Positions 23,666 to 36,559 of a DNA stretch of 64,000 bases are shown in pieces. Position 1 is the stretch's first letter, and every line of letters begins with the position of its first letter. The position numbers and the translations under genes were made by a program. The DNA comes from Lama guanicoe. Lineage: Eukaryota. Below the pieces are notes generated by a model, which made no database searches, was not told the origin of the DNA, and saw only the letters and a list, made by a program, of their open reading frames with translations. The DNA lies in contig MU053881.1 in assembly GCA_013239625.1 (NCBI GenBank), positions 12,476,879-12,540,878 of the forward strand. Reading direction: 5' to 3'.

Positions 23666-25340
23666 AGTACCTAGCATTGTTTTTCCAAGGTTAGTGGCTA
23701 AGTCTTCTCTCAGAGTCTTCGGTTTACAGCTCCTGGTGGTTCACTTCCTAGAGCATCTTCTTTCACTCTCCCCCTAAGAGGAGCTGCAGGTCAAGGAGTG
23801 CTTCCTTCCTCCCCAGCAATCCTCACTCAAGAAGGAGCTCCTGTAAGCGTCAAGCCTGGCGACTCATTGCAACTGAAACTTATAAATTACGTAATCTGGT
23901 TTGCGCCCAGCCCAAAGTTTTGAATTATTCTAGTCCGTGTGGGAAAACATTAGGGGAAAAGGAAAAAGAAGTGATATTCACTCCATGTGATTTTTAAAAA
24001 GTATTCTGCATGAATATTCAAGACCTTCATCGGCACCAGTCACAGCAGAGAGAGGCTGGCCTAACACTTGCTCCCTCAAGTATAGGCTATTTTTCTCCAG
24101 ACGATTTTATGTAAAATATCTACAGTATAAAAAAGAAAATTAGAGTGAGATACTAGAAAGGGATAGAGGGAGCCGCTGGGTGCTTTGATAATTTTGCATC
24201 TGGGTAATTAAGAATACCCTCAAATGCATCTGGATTCTTCTGAGCTCTTTCTCAGGAAGCTACAGGATCATTCATTCCTCATACACACCATTTTAAGGAC
24301 AAATCTCCTGTCCTGGATGTGCTTTTGCAAAGAAGAACTATTTAGTGGCGAGGCTAATTGAGAATGTTTACATCTCAAATGCAAAGCTAGGTGAAGATCT
24401 GGAAAATAAAAATAAATTCTCTTAGTGGGAATCAAGGCTGGTGTCCGGTTGGCTTTCAGATTGGAACATGCTAGCTTTTAGGTTGGAACCTTGTTTCTTG
24501 GTCCAGGCCCTAAGAATTGCTCAAAAACATTTCTTTTAAAACTCTTCCCCGATTGCATTTATCTCAAAAGACAAGAAATAGGCTTATTTGCAGTCAGTAC
24601 CTGACTGCCCCAGAGCCTCTGCCGTGTGAAGATTTGAAATTGACTTTCTCCCTCAAGGATGTTTCTTGGATGCAGGAGGGGAGGAAGAGTCAGCTAAAGC
24701 CAAGGCATCTTTAAAGATCTTCTCTTGGAAGCAATATACAAGCTGTGCTCTTTAGACAACACATTGCCAGTGTTCTAAGCTGTGAACTTTGCTTCAAATG
24801 AATACCAATGAAAATCAATTCCTCCCTGAGTGAGAAACAGAATTCGCTGGGGTTAGGAAGTAGGTAAGAAGGGAATTGTATATGACGGGGATAGTAGTCT
24901 TTCCAGGGGTTCTTGGATCTGATAAGCAAATTTTGCCGAAGGGGAAAAGAGCTGAATTCCCATACTTTAAAGAGAGTGGGACACTTACTTCAATCTTGGA
25001 ATTCAAGAAATTTGAGGATTTTGTCACAAAATGGACATTCAGAGACCTCTGAACATAAATGAACTTCTTCTTCAACAAGCACGGGACACTGCAGTCTGAC
25101 CATGTTTATCATGACTTTGACAATCGTGATGTTGGGAAAAGCCCAAGGATTGGATTGGGCCAGACCTGGGTTCAAATCCTGCCTCTGTTGCTGATAGCTC
25201 TGTGTTTGTCTCTATAACCTAAATTTCCTTATCTGTAAAATGGAGATAATACCTTGCAAACACGTTCTGATGTTTAAAAGTGATTACTGTGTAAGGCAAT
25301 GAATGCAGTACTGGCACTCACTGGGTACCCAATACGTGGT

Positions 25341-25358
25341 TCTCTGTCCCTCTCTGTG

Positions 25359-25420
<62 letters not shown>

Positions 25421-25422
25421 AC
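25341..25422. repeat. Compound microsatellite (TCTCTG)n(TC)n(CA)n
   Basis: Directly visible; follows a MIR at ~25140-25330. Confidence 0.95.
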
Positions 25423-28249
25423 GCCACATTTCCTCTGGATCACTCTCTCCTCCCTGCTTTCTCCGTCTCGTTTGCTTATTCTGTAAGGTTCAGCTCCCAT
25501 TATCTTCTTTGTTGGCCCTCTTTCTACAGAGATGCCTCTTTTTGACTTTTCCTAGTGCTCATAGTTTAGTCCATGACCCTCAGGAGTTTATTATTTGATT
25601 AATTTGGCAAAACCACAGGTTTAAAGTGCTCCATAGCACCCAGAACTTTGAAGGACACATTGTAAGTTTATATAATAAATGTCACTGGTTGATATTGTTG
25701 TTATTTATTTCAGGTACCAAAGCCGCTCAATTTTTGTCTTTTCTCTATGTTGACCTGGGAACATTATTATTAATATTTATGGAGTAACAATATAATTTAC
25801 ATATATTGGGTCAAAGATTCATAAGCATCTGTGAGACATTTGCCAATGAGCAAACAGAAGGTCAGAGATTTTCAATAACTGGTCCAAATTATATGCCAGG
25901 GAGTGGATAGTTAGGATATGAATTCAGGTCTTTCTGATTCTAAAGCTTAAGCTCTTTCTACCACATTATGTGATTTTTTTCCATTAGGTTTCTGATAAAA
26001 ATGTGTTTAGGGTTCTCAGTCATGGCTTTCAAGCATGATTTTCTCTGTGAACACTCTTCATTACTAAAACAGTTTACTCCTTGGAACAGCCCCAGCCTCT
26101 CCTTGGTGGCTCTTCTGATGCGATTCTGGGTCCCTGTGAACAGTGGAAGGAGCTGCTTGGATTCCTCTCTTCTGTTCAGCAATTTCATGTGATGTTCCAA
26201 TCTCTTGTCCATGTCCCCTTCTTATTTCCATGAACATCATTGCACGGCTAACACCCTTCTTAGAAAGAGCATTATAGAGAATAATTTTTTTAAAATAAAG
26301 AACTCTTCTCAAGAGTTACATATGTGGCATCTGCAAAAAGAACCAAACACCCATGTATAAATAATTTGCTTCTTAAATATAAGTGTTCCCCTGCTGTATA
26401 GCTTTGATAAATAGCTTGCAAAATGATATACCAAATCTGTCCGAATAATTCCAAATGGCAACTTTCCCCCTTACGATCAGTGAAAGGAACAGTGCTGCTG
26501 CAAATAAATCCACTTTTCCCCCACAAACGAGAGGTATTTTCTATACTACAATGCTTTCCAATTATGTTGGGTAGCTTCCTATTGAATAACAACACAAGCT
26601 CCCAAATCGAATGCTTGTGGCCAGTATCTGAAGCTTAGCAATTTTTGTAATAGATCTTTTCTCTGCTTAAATGGATATGTCAACATCATATTAGGGGTCT
26701 TGGAGGATAGATATAACACATTTTCTCCTAGACCCTACAATTTCTGCTTTGGACAATGATCAGTGATTTCCCATTATAATTCTAACTTTCCTACTTATTT
26801 ATATATATTTTTAAAAAGCCTTGGTACTAGAATTGTGATTTCTATTTCCTTCTGGAGGATAACAAGTTTAGTAGGTTGGGCAAATTTAAGTGTTTAATGT
26901 TGTTCTCTTTGCTGTAGATTGCCATAAATTGATGTAAAACTTTTTGGGAAGATGATTCAAAATCTACAGCCATTTTTGGGTGCATTTCTTGGAGGGCTCA
27001 AGAAATTTATTTTTCTGGAATGAAAAAGGAGACACACAGAAGATAAACATGTGAGCAAGGTGCTATATGGTCAAATTTCATCCTTGAATGCAGTCAGTTA
27101 CACATAATTGAAGTGGATTTCCAATGTTTGGTGTGAATTAAGTATTGGGATCAATTTTATTTCATGTCTGTCTCAATTTAGTTTCTAATTTTGATTTATC
27201 TTTCAGTTGGTTTGAGTGTAACCTCTAGTAGAATTGTTTGTTTGTTTGTTTTTTGGAGATTTTTGTGCACCTGAGCATGTCTTTATACTTTTAAGAGAAG
27301 TGATCTGGATATGAAATTATTGGGTCACTGAATTTTCCCTTCATGGTACGATTTAATATTAAATCTTAGGCCAACCTAGTTTTTATTCATTTTAGGTAAC
27401 CTGTTACTTCCTCTTGCCTGAATGCTTTTTGAATGTTATCAAATATTTGTCATGATGTGCCTGAATCTGAGTGTCTCTCTATTGATTTCTCTTGGAACAT
27501 GGTGAATGCATTCATACTGCTCTCAGGCCTTGTTTATTTACTTTTTCCAACAAGGGAAATTTTTCTTTGATTATATCTTTAAATTATTAATGTTTTAGCA
27601 TCAGAAATCTTCCCCTGTGGTCTTTTATAGGTACTGGTTTACTCAAAAAAGATAATAAGCTTGTTCTTAATGACCCAAGCAAATTTTATTATTCTCATCA
27701 TGAGACCATGTGATGTTTGAAAAGAGTACTTTTAAAGTGTACATAGATAATAGAAATACTTTTTCCTAAGCAGGGAAGAGGAGGCTGGTTTTTGTGTGTG
27801 GATGGTTTTGTCCATGTTTTTCAGCATCAGATTCTTTTTGACATACACTGGAAACAGTACCTAAGGGTATTTTTGTCTTAATATTGGTCTCTAAGATAGA
27901 GCTCTTGCCTCTGAATGCTCCAGTGGTGTAACTTTAATGCTAGAAGGAAATCTAGGCCCCCAGTGGCAGTAAGACTATGGGTGTGTAGGTAGAAGGATTG
28001 GTAAATAAGCTGGAAGAGTCATCATAGAGTCATGACTTAACTGAATAACAAGATCTTTTTTTTTCAACAACCTTATAGCACTGTAATGTATATATTAATA
28101 ATTACGTTCATCCCAGTTGCTCTGTTTTGTTGTTTGGGAATATGTATAGTTCCTAACTTGACTCACCATTGTCTCTTGTCTGTATCTATCATTTTCTCTC
28201 TCATCAATCTCATCTTTTTGTCCTTTACTTAATCAAGAACAGTTAATAG

Positions 28250-28830
28250 CAATGTAAAGCACTACAGAGTGAAATGTAAAACTGAGAGGAGTGGAAAAGG
28301 AGACATGAAATAAACTCAAAATACTAGGTGAGGCTGTTAGAAAAGCTAATGTGTAATCTGGCCCTTTAAGGAGGTATAGGATTGAACGGGTCTAAAGGGG
28401 AGACCTCAAAGCGATACCTAGGTAAATATGATGGAAAAGATAGCTGGGTAAGGAGTGGTTTCACCCACGTGGGTAATTTTTTGCGTAAAGATATTAAGTG
28501 CAGGGCTTTGTTCGTAAGCTGAAATCCACATGGTGGTCTTTACCTAGAGAGACTTGCGAGTTTTTTGAACAGAAGCGATGCTGTCGCAGACGTGGCTGAC
28601 ACCAGGTTAAGTGTGAATCAGAAAAAAGAGAGGGAATAAGACCAGTGCTCTAGAGCTGATGGTGTTGGTAGTGGGAGCAGTAGGAGGCCTCAGATTTATC
28701 AGTGTTCAGAGGCAGCTTGAGGTCTGTGAGTTGGGAAATTAAGGTGGAAATGGGGAAACCTGTGGTATTAGGGGTCAGGATTAAGATTTAGGAAAACGGA
28801 TGTTAGACAAAGTGGAAAGAGGGGACCAAA
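28250..28830 (-). mobile_element. Degenerate L2 fragment
   Basis: Purine-rich with L2 landmarks ('gtgcagggctttgt', 'tgatggtgttggtagtggg', 'ggggtcaggat'), but unusually divergent (see findings). Confidence 0.55.
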
Positions 28831-29518
28831 ACTTGATGGTCAGTATTATCAGCAGTATTCCATGGCAATGTACTGACTCCAAGGCGCCTGATAGGACCAA
28901 GATCAACGCAGCAGAAGTAATTTTCAGGACCCTTCACCAATCTGCCCTTATTTTGGGCCATGGCTGCTGCTTGACTGGAGAAGGTCTTCTGTGGATCCTT
29001 TTTGATTCCAAATGAAATACAAATTGCAGGACACTCAGGGACAGAGACTGGTCAGAGGATTTCGTTCTCTATTGAATTCCTGTCTAAAGTTGGGATTCTT
29101 CAACTTTCTGAAAAGTCTTTGCCTCCGACCTGAAGTAGCTTCAAGAGAATGAACATGGACAAGTAAATGGAGATGGATTTCTAGCAGTGCTACCAAGCTT
29201 CTGGAATTTTGACAGAGGCATCATGGGGAGACAGACAGACAGATAGACAGTGGTGGGGGAGTGAATTTCTCCTTTATTATTTCCCTTATGGCAGAAATTA
29301 TGGACCTTTGGTGACAACCACTCAAGACCTTCTTTTTCCTTATTTGGATGACTATTATTTTATAACGTCTGGAAAAGCAAAGACACATGGTTTCTAAAGA
29401 AAGAGTCCTTGGAAAGAAGACTTAAAGACGTTATAAATTCATTTTTTTCCCTCATTGTCGATATACAGCTTATCTCTTAGAAGGACACAAAGGCATTGGC
29501 TTATGGACATTGACTAAG

Positions 29519-30150
29519 GACTTCCAGTTAAGCACAGATGACTAAACACATGCATTTATTTTTGCATCCTCTTAAGCTCCCCAAATTGATAAAAATATGT
29601 GTTTATTTAAAAAAAAATAACACAGAATAGGGTAACACAGGAGAGAAGTCAGCAATCTTTTGGGAACAGAATGCAGATGAAATAGTAGACGCTGAATTAG
29701 CCAACCTGGAAAAGCTGAAGCTAAAGCCTGCAGTCGACGAAGCCAATGAAAGAAAAGGAAAATTATGTCCTCGCATCTACAAAGGCTTAGATACTGGAGA
29801 TACGGGGTTTTAAAAAGGAGGCATGGCAAGAAGCGAAAAATGGGACTCGTAAAACTTTTGTGTAACGAGCATTTAGAACCCCAGATCACCTCTCTCAGCT
29901 CTCCTAGCCTGGAAACTGCTCCTTGTCCATCCTGGTATAAAATGGGGGATTCCCACTGGAGACGTTTGTGTAGCTGGGGATCACAGTGAGATGTTGAATG
30001 CCTGCAGCTGGAATGGTGAGATCCCCTGTCCCTATTCTCCTGAAAAGCTTTCAGAATACTGACAGCCAGGCTTATACCCCCAGACAGGAAGGACCCCCAA
30101 ATGCTGACAGCCGGCTGCTCCACAGCCAAACGGCTCGTCCCTCGCCCCCC
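29519..30150 (+). mobile_element. HAL1/old L1 5' region remnant
   Basis: 'gacttccagttaag...aacacatgcatttat...aaagctgaa...ccccagatc' resembles the HAL1/L1M 5' end. Confidence 0.55.
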
Positions 30151-30618
30151 ACCATCTGATGGAGACTTTAAAGCCATGTGGATGCATTACTTTACTAAAA
30201 TTAAGAAAACATTAAGTGAAAAAGAATAACTCACAGCCTGTTAAACCATCTGCTTCTAACAAGAAGAAAAAAAAATGGTTATTATGAGGCAGGGGTGAGG
30301 ACTTGTATGCCCACATAGGGGATTTTTCCAAGGGCATCCTATAACAGGTGGGAATCCCTGGGTCACAAATATGTATATAAAGAAAGCCAATACAGAGACT
30401 GACTACTGTACCTCTGAGTATGGTCTGATTAGGGTTAGATGGGGGGAAATGGGGTTAATTGCAGAGATACCTTACTTGAGATTTTTCAAAACAATTGTCA
30501 TAAGAGACAAGATCTGCGGCTGTTAGAATATTTCTCACTGCTTCTTTGTTACTGTATCCATTCTTGCCCCAAGTTGCAATGACACTTCTAAAAGCCACAT
30601 ACACCTGGTGTATGTTTG

Positions 30619-30785
30619 TTCATTCATTCATTCATTCATTCATTCATTCGTTTATTCAAGCAGTATTTTCTAGCCTCTTATATTGCATTGGGCACTATTC
30701 TAGGTGGTAAGAATACAAAACAAAGGCCCTGATCATGGGATGTAGCTTACATTTAAATAGGAGAAACTGATGTAAACAAATAAAA
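30619..30785 (-). mobile_element. L2 3' tail with (TTCA)n repeat
   Basis: (TTCA)n at 30619-30649 followed by 'ggcactattctagg...ggccctg...gcttacattt'. Confidence 0.75.
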
Positions 30786-31186
30786 ACTAGATTCTTTATT
30801 CTCTTCGTCTTACAAGTGTCGATGTCACACTTTTCCAGGGCCAAAAGCAGAGAAGTGAGAGATTTACATTTTAACTGTTTTTTTTTTTTAGATTGAGAAA
30901 TTGGACTGGAAATCAAAGTGGGAAATATAAACTGGAACTTTCTACAGAAGAATTAGTCCTTGAGGTGATAGTGGAAAGCTAAGTGTTAGAGGAGACTGGG
31001 AAAATGGAAGATCAAGATAAGCAAATGGGCCAGTGAGGTATAGTGTGTGTTAAGCTCTAAACAAACCATCCTGGGGGAAAAAGTACATAATTATAATGAA
31101 TATAGGCACAGCTGTTCTCTGAAGTCTTGTTCAGTTTCTGGGAGATTTCGTGATCTTCATCTTTCATCCATCCTGCTGAGTGTTTT

Positions 31187-31212
31187 ACACACACACACAC
31201 ACACACACACAC
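31187..31212. repeat. (AC)13 microsatellite
   Basis: Directly visible. Confidence 0.95.
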
Positions 31213-31369
31213 CGTGTATGAACACACAACACACATATATGTACTCTATACATAGGTGTGTGGATGTATATATTTTCCCCCAATAGCTCTTTTTTTGTTC
31301 TGTTCTTTCCTTATTTTCTTACTCCCTCTCCTCCCCTCCTACTTCTTTTCCTCCTCCGTCTTCTTTTAA

Positions 31370-32165
31370 TAATACCCTGTTCTTATTTCATGTATATGAT
31401 AGCTTGTCTAGTCTTTTGAGTAAAGCGGGGATAGTTTATTTGAAATTTTCTTCTTGCAAAGACTCTGCTTCCTCCAATTTGCTTTAATTTCTTGCAGACC
31501 CTGTTTTACAGGTTTGAGGCTTTTTTTCTGATTTGCTGATCCTTCAAGACTGAGGCAGTAAACAGCTGACAGGAAGCTCATGAGTGCGTGTGTGGGGCTT
31601 CTGGACTGTGGGCTCCGTTCCGCTTTGATCCCAGCAGGCCCTTTCATTGAGGGAATTCCTGATGGAGAGTCCCTTTTCTCCATCTATTTTCTTCACCCTT
31701 AATTATCCATCCCTTCTGCTCTCCTAGCTAGAGAGTAAACCTATCTTATCTCCTCTAGAGGATAAGCTCCCTTTATCTGTTGGGGCAGAGATGATGCACT
31801 GACTGGCTGTATGGAGTAGGGAAGGGATAGGAATGTGACTGAGTTTAAAAATTCCCCAACTACTTCTTTCATAGTCTTTCTAACAATCCTTGTTTTTAAT
31901 TTCACTTCCATGTGCATTCCCAGAGGACCCAATGTTGCCAATTCCAGAGCCTTTGTGGATTCTGAGAAGCATACTGGGTTTCCTCTTGGCTTCTTCCGCT
32001 GCTGGCTTAGGACTGAACTTTCTTTGAATTCTCTACCACTCATCCAGCTTTCAAAATTGGGCTGCAGTTGTCCCTTTTTCCTTTCTCCTTGTGGTTTTGT
32101 GCCCTTTAAGAAGTTCTTTTCTGATGTCTTAGTGTAGTTTTGGAAGGCAGTTAAATACACGGAAA
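31370..32165 (-). mobile_element. HAL1/old L1 5'-ORF1 region remnant
   Basis: Pyrimidine-rich on the plus strand. The end 'ccagctttcaaaatt...ccttgtggttttgtgccctttaa' is the reverse complement of the HAL1-like 5' end. Confidence 0.5.
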
Positions 32166-32707
32166 TTTACTTGAAGGTCTCCCTCATTTCCTTAAGTGCT
32201 TTACAAAATTACCACAATGATTCAAAACCACATGAATTTAAGATTCAAACAATGTATCATTATGTCCGAGAAATGTTGTCCTCTTCCCTTCCTGCCCAAC
32301 CTTTGGATTCCACATTCACTTCTCTCGAGCTGAATAATGTTAATATCATGATTATTTTTCCAGTTCTTGTCCTGTTCATTTATATATTACTTATACATTT
32401 CAAAAAATAATTGAGATTGTATTAAACACATGATTTCATGAGTTGCTTTGTTTGCTTGTCTTTTTTAAAATTTTTAATTGGGTGATCTTTTCATATAAGT
32501 ACATATAGTTCCCATTCTTTGAACACCTGCATAGTATCTAGAACAGTGGTGCCATATTTTATTTAACCTTGTCCCTGTTTAGGAATATTTGACTTTTTTC
32601 AGTTTTTCTGTACTATAGCAATGCTATGGTAAAGGTATCTGAACAAACGTTTGCACATGTACAAGTATTTCTTTAAGAAAATGTTTAGTGGCTCTTAACC
32701 TAGATTT

Positions 32708-33285
32708 GTGTTTTCCAAACTGAACTCAATTGCATTTCCTTTCCTTGATTTTTGCCATATATGCATAACAGACTTAAGTTTCCCCTTAAATTAATTTTTA
32801 TGTTATTTTAAATGGAAGCTTCATAGTATTTATTTCTGCTTATTTATATAAGTAGGAAAAGAGTGTCACTTGCCATAAATAGATGATAACTATAAAAGTA
32901 AAAGTGGGGTGGGAGGCTATAGCTCAGTGGTAGAGCACTTGCTTAGCATGCATGAGGTCCTGGGTTCAATCCATTAAAAATAAGTAAATAAGTAGATAAT
33001 CATAACTACTCCCCTCCCCAAAAAACTAAATGCGAATTTGATGAAAACAATTCTATTGGATCTGAAGTGGATGTGATTGCCTGCTCTCTTTGTTAAAAGG
33101 GATACTAACTAAGTGTTACCAAGGTGTTAAAGTCATATTAGTATCAAACCAAAAACTTTCTCCCCCGAGTCTTCTAAAAATGAAAATTAAAGCAGAATAA
33201 ATATATTTTTCACTGCATAATTCAGTATTACCTAATTCCGTGTTCATGTGCTATCTAAAATCATTTCATATACCATCAGTGAATA
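32708..33285. mobile_element. hAT-Charlie DNA transposon remnant (Charlie4-like), interrupted by a SINE
   Basis: 'gcctgctctctttgttaaaaggg...aggtgttaaag...ctaaaatcatttcatataccatcagtg'. Confidence 0.55.
32905..33027 (+). mobile_element. tRNA-derived camelid SINE (Vic-1-like)
   Basis: 'gggaggctatagctcagtggtagagcacttgcttagcatgcatgaggtcctgggttcaatcc' (A and B boxes) plus an A-rich tail; same family as 6720-6865. Confidence 0.9.
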
Positions 33286-35524
33286 GCCTGTCCTTCTAGT
33301 CCAATACGTAAACTACTAACAGTGTAATCTTCCTTCAGTGCTTCACCATGTCACCTCTCTGCTCAGAGGTTCTCTAGGTCTCACTGCCTAGCGAATAAAG
33401 TAAATATCCTAAGACTTAAGGCTCATCACCTGGTCTCGGTCAGCCTCAGTGTGGGCAGTTTCTGTGTCTTTACTGCTTTTTGAGTTTCTGTAGGATTGCT
33501 GTATACACGCATTTGCTTTACGTGACATTCCACAGTTTTACATCTTCTCTTGCATTCTGGTTATTGTTTTCTCTAGTAAACCAGTATTTCTTCTGGGCAA
33601 GATCTGTGTCTTTCATCTTACACTTTCTTATGCCTTCACCATGCCTACCACAGTGCCTTGTCCATGGCAGATGCTCCATCAAAGTAAGGTAATTTTTTAC
33701 TTTAGAGGGTTTATTTGTTAGCGCAAATGAAGTGTTCATTACATAAAAGCTTAGTACAGATGATTCAGTGATCAAGCCTTCTAAATTCTCACGATAACAG
33801 TTATGAGACTCCTCTTTCTAATACTGCAACATTAAAAAACAGAATAGAAGGAGGACTTTCTCGTGACTACACTTTTCTACTGAGTTCTTACGTTCATCAT
33901 ATTTGTTTCCTTAATTTGAAAGCGTAAGCTCTCATAACTTTTTATGAACTAGCTGATTTCCATGTTTCTGGGTTGCTTCTGGAACACATTTTATCTTAAT
34001 AAGAATAACCCATCAAGCAAGAAAGCCAGCAGGCTCCTCATTATCATTCTCTGAATAGAGGAGTTTATCTTTTGGCTGCCAAACCTGAATTCCACACTGT
34101 CCGACTTTAGAAAACAGATTGTTTTCAATGGGTAAGTTTGAGTGACAAAGGCAGAGAGCAAGCCAGTGGCCTGTCCTCTCGGTTGATAGGATTAGATCTG
34201 AATGAATAAAGACATGTGATGGCCTGCAGACTGTGGGGGGGACGTCTGCGGTGCACGTCCGCACTTCTAAGCAGCATTAACATTCTCTGCCCGCTGTACT
34301 GACTCTTTAAAATGCCATTTGCATTGACGATGGTATAATTGACATTGCTCCCCGAGGAGCTCCGAGGATTGTGGGGAGGTGGAATCAAAGAAAATCCGTC
34401 TCTTCTGAAGGTTCTCCTCTAGCTACAAAACGCAGAGAGAAAAGGACTCTTGTTACTGGGTGATGTCATGTTAATAAAAAGCAAACAGGCACAAAAATCT
34501 ATCCATCATCACAATTTTCCCAGGAGCCTTTTTATCTCATTGTACGTTATCTTTCTAATTGTCACTCATCAGTATTTATCTGGAAGCGTGATGTTATCAT
34601 CATTATGATTATTTTTGCACTAAATATGTGTTAAGATTCTCTCTTTAGAAAGTTAAACCGGTGTAGTTCCAGCCGTGGTGTGATGCCTAGCCAGACAGCT
34701 GTGAACGTGAATGAGAGAGGAGGCTTGAGCAGGGGACTCATCTTCAGTCTCTGCCATCCCTGAACAGTGTTGAAGTCACTGTGAATGAACATGATCGTTT
34801 AGGGGTCAAAGAACAACTGCAGTGTGTTGAAATCATAATGTAGAAAGACGCGAACACAGATATGAGTAAGGGCTTAAATGAAACTGTCAGATTTTCAACA
34901 AGGTCATTTATGGTGAATTTATTCCCTAGATTTGTGCTGCATCAGTGTGTATCAGCAAAATTTTGATAAGTGTTTTGTGAACAATGGGTTAAGTAGAGGA
35001 AATGAGTGACTTCTAACTAGCATTTTATAGCAGTTATATTAGGCACATGTGTTTTCTTATAGCATTTTATAGAGGTTAAATCAGACCAAAGACCATAGAT
35101 AACCAAAATCGAACACAATCTATGGTCCTAATATTGACTTCTCATTCAGGAAGGGATCAAGACATAGTTTTTGGTTTTGTTTTGTTTTGGAAAAAATGCC
35201 AGTAAAGATCTGTATTTCTCCCTTTAATATTTATTCCAAATGATATTTAGTGTCAGAAAGCATCACCCAAAGGCATTGGATTATTCTGAAGGGCCTTTTG
35301 GGTTGTCCAGGAAAGATCAAAATATATATGGTGCTCTTTTGAGGTTGTTCACTGAACTGTATTATAATCTTTGAATTGTTAACCTGTATTTTCACATGTG
35401 TATTAATGCATGTTTGGTTGCAAGGAAAAGAGAGCCATTCAAATTTGCTTCAGGAGTTACTGTAAATAATAGAGAGGAATCGCAGAGAAATCCGTTTTAG
35501 GCAGGACCCGCTAGACCTCCAGGT

Positions 35525-36012
35525 GAGCAAAAGAGACAGAAACTCAGCTCAAGCTGGCTAAAGCAAAAGAGGGGTTGTTTCACAAACCTAAAAAGCAGGG
35601 CTGAATCAGTGTGTTTGTGTCCAGGGGCACAGACAAGGTCAGGAGTTTGTCTCTGCCCCTAAGCTGAGCTTTCCTCTCTGTTGGGCTTCATTCTTAAGTA
35701 GGTTCCTTCCTCCTGGTGATAAAGTTGCAGCTTCACCTTACATCCTCAGATCTTGACAACCCTAGGGAGGAGATACTCCCTCTCCTAAGGATTCTTGCAG
35801 AAATTCTGGGTCTGGCACTCGTTTCAGATTGGGTCATGAGCTGGTGCCTAAACCCATGTTTACAACCCTAGTAGTTGGAGGCCCCTCTCTTGTCTATTGA
35901 TCACTGGAGTAGGGGTGGGAAGAGCAGAGTCAGCCCCACCAAAACAAGTTGAGAGGAGGGGGAAGAGTGGTTCCCTGAAGGAACAGTGAGATCTAACTGA
36001 AGAAATGCAGTC
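35525..36012. mobile_element. Old MaLR LTR (MLT1K-like)
   Basis: 'agacagaaactcagctcaagctggctaaagcaaaa...gcttcattctt...ttgggtcatg'. Confidence 0.55.
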
Positions 36013-36016
36013 TGTG

Positions 36017-36400
36017 CTGTTGGTGCTCCCCCTGGATCCATTTACCACGTCAGGTATCCATCCCTGAGCTGCTGAGTGTTGGCTGCTAACAGCTCAGAGC
36101 TTCTTCTTCTCCAGATAATTGCCTTCAGTGAGGGCAGCAGTCCACCCAGAAAGTAAACCGCCCCTTTCTCCAGCAGCTTGCATTGAGTGACTGTTTGATC
36201 CAAGGGCACAAAGGGCTGCCCTTTTTCTCAAGGAGGGAATGAGTTAATGCACATCATGCTTCAAAGTTCCAGAAGAGAGCACAGCCTTGAGTGGCTTCCC
36301 CCCATCTGATCCTGCTTCCCTCACTCCCTTTTTCCTGAGAGGATAGCCTCAATAAATAACTCTTTTTCAGGCTCTCCTTCTGGGGAACCTAAACTAAGAT
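36017..36400 (+). mobile_element. ERVL LTR (LTR16-like)
   Basis: 'ggctgctaacagctca...tcctgcttccctcactcc...ctcaataaa...caggctctccttctggggaacctaaactaaga'. AATAAA at 36351. Confidence 0.75.
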
Positions 36401-36559
36401 TTAGGAATGGATGTTGGACAGGGAAAATAATTAATGTCCATTCTTCTAGAACTGAGATCTTTTTCTCCATCTCTCAAGGGTTCCTTCAATCCTTTCTTTT
36501 CCCTGAATGCCTGTGTCACTCTTTTTTCAGAAGACAGCTTCTTTAACTTGTGCAGCCTG

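Noticed and set aside
29640..29812. Protein-looking plus-strand stretch (...NADEIVDAELANLEKLKLKPAVDE...)
   Set aside because: No start codon or convincing acceptor; explained by purine-rich repeat sequence.
29572..30177. Longest ORF in the track (201 aa, minus strand)
   Set aside because: It is antisense to a HAL1/L1-like 5' remnant, has no recognisable domain and no splice context. Its 8 CpGs at 29690-29870 could come from the CpG-rich element itself.
31408..32160. Minus-strand ORFs of 91 and 139 aa
   Set aside because: They lie in a decayed HAL1/L1 region and show no intact ORF1 features.
32911..32972. tRNA-like A/B-box sequence (also 6795-6865)
   Set aside because: It is the head of a SINE with an A-rich tail and lacks a complete acceptor stem; not a tRNA gene.
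34059..34131. Exon-like segment ending GG|gtaagt
   Set aside because: Good donor but poor acceptor, unrecognised peptide, and inside the anomalous CpG patch.
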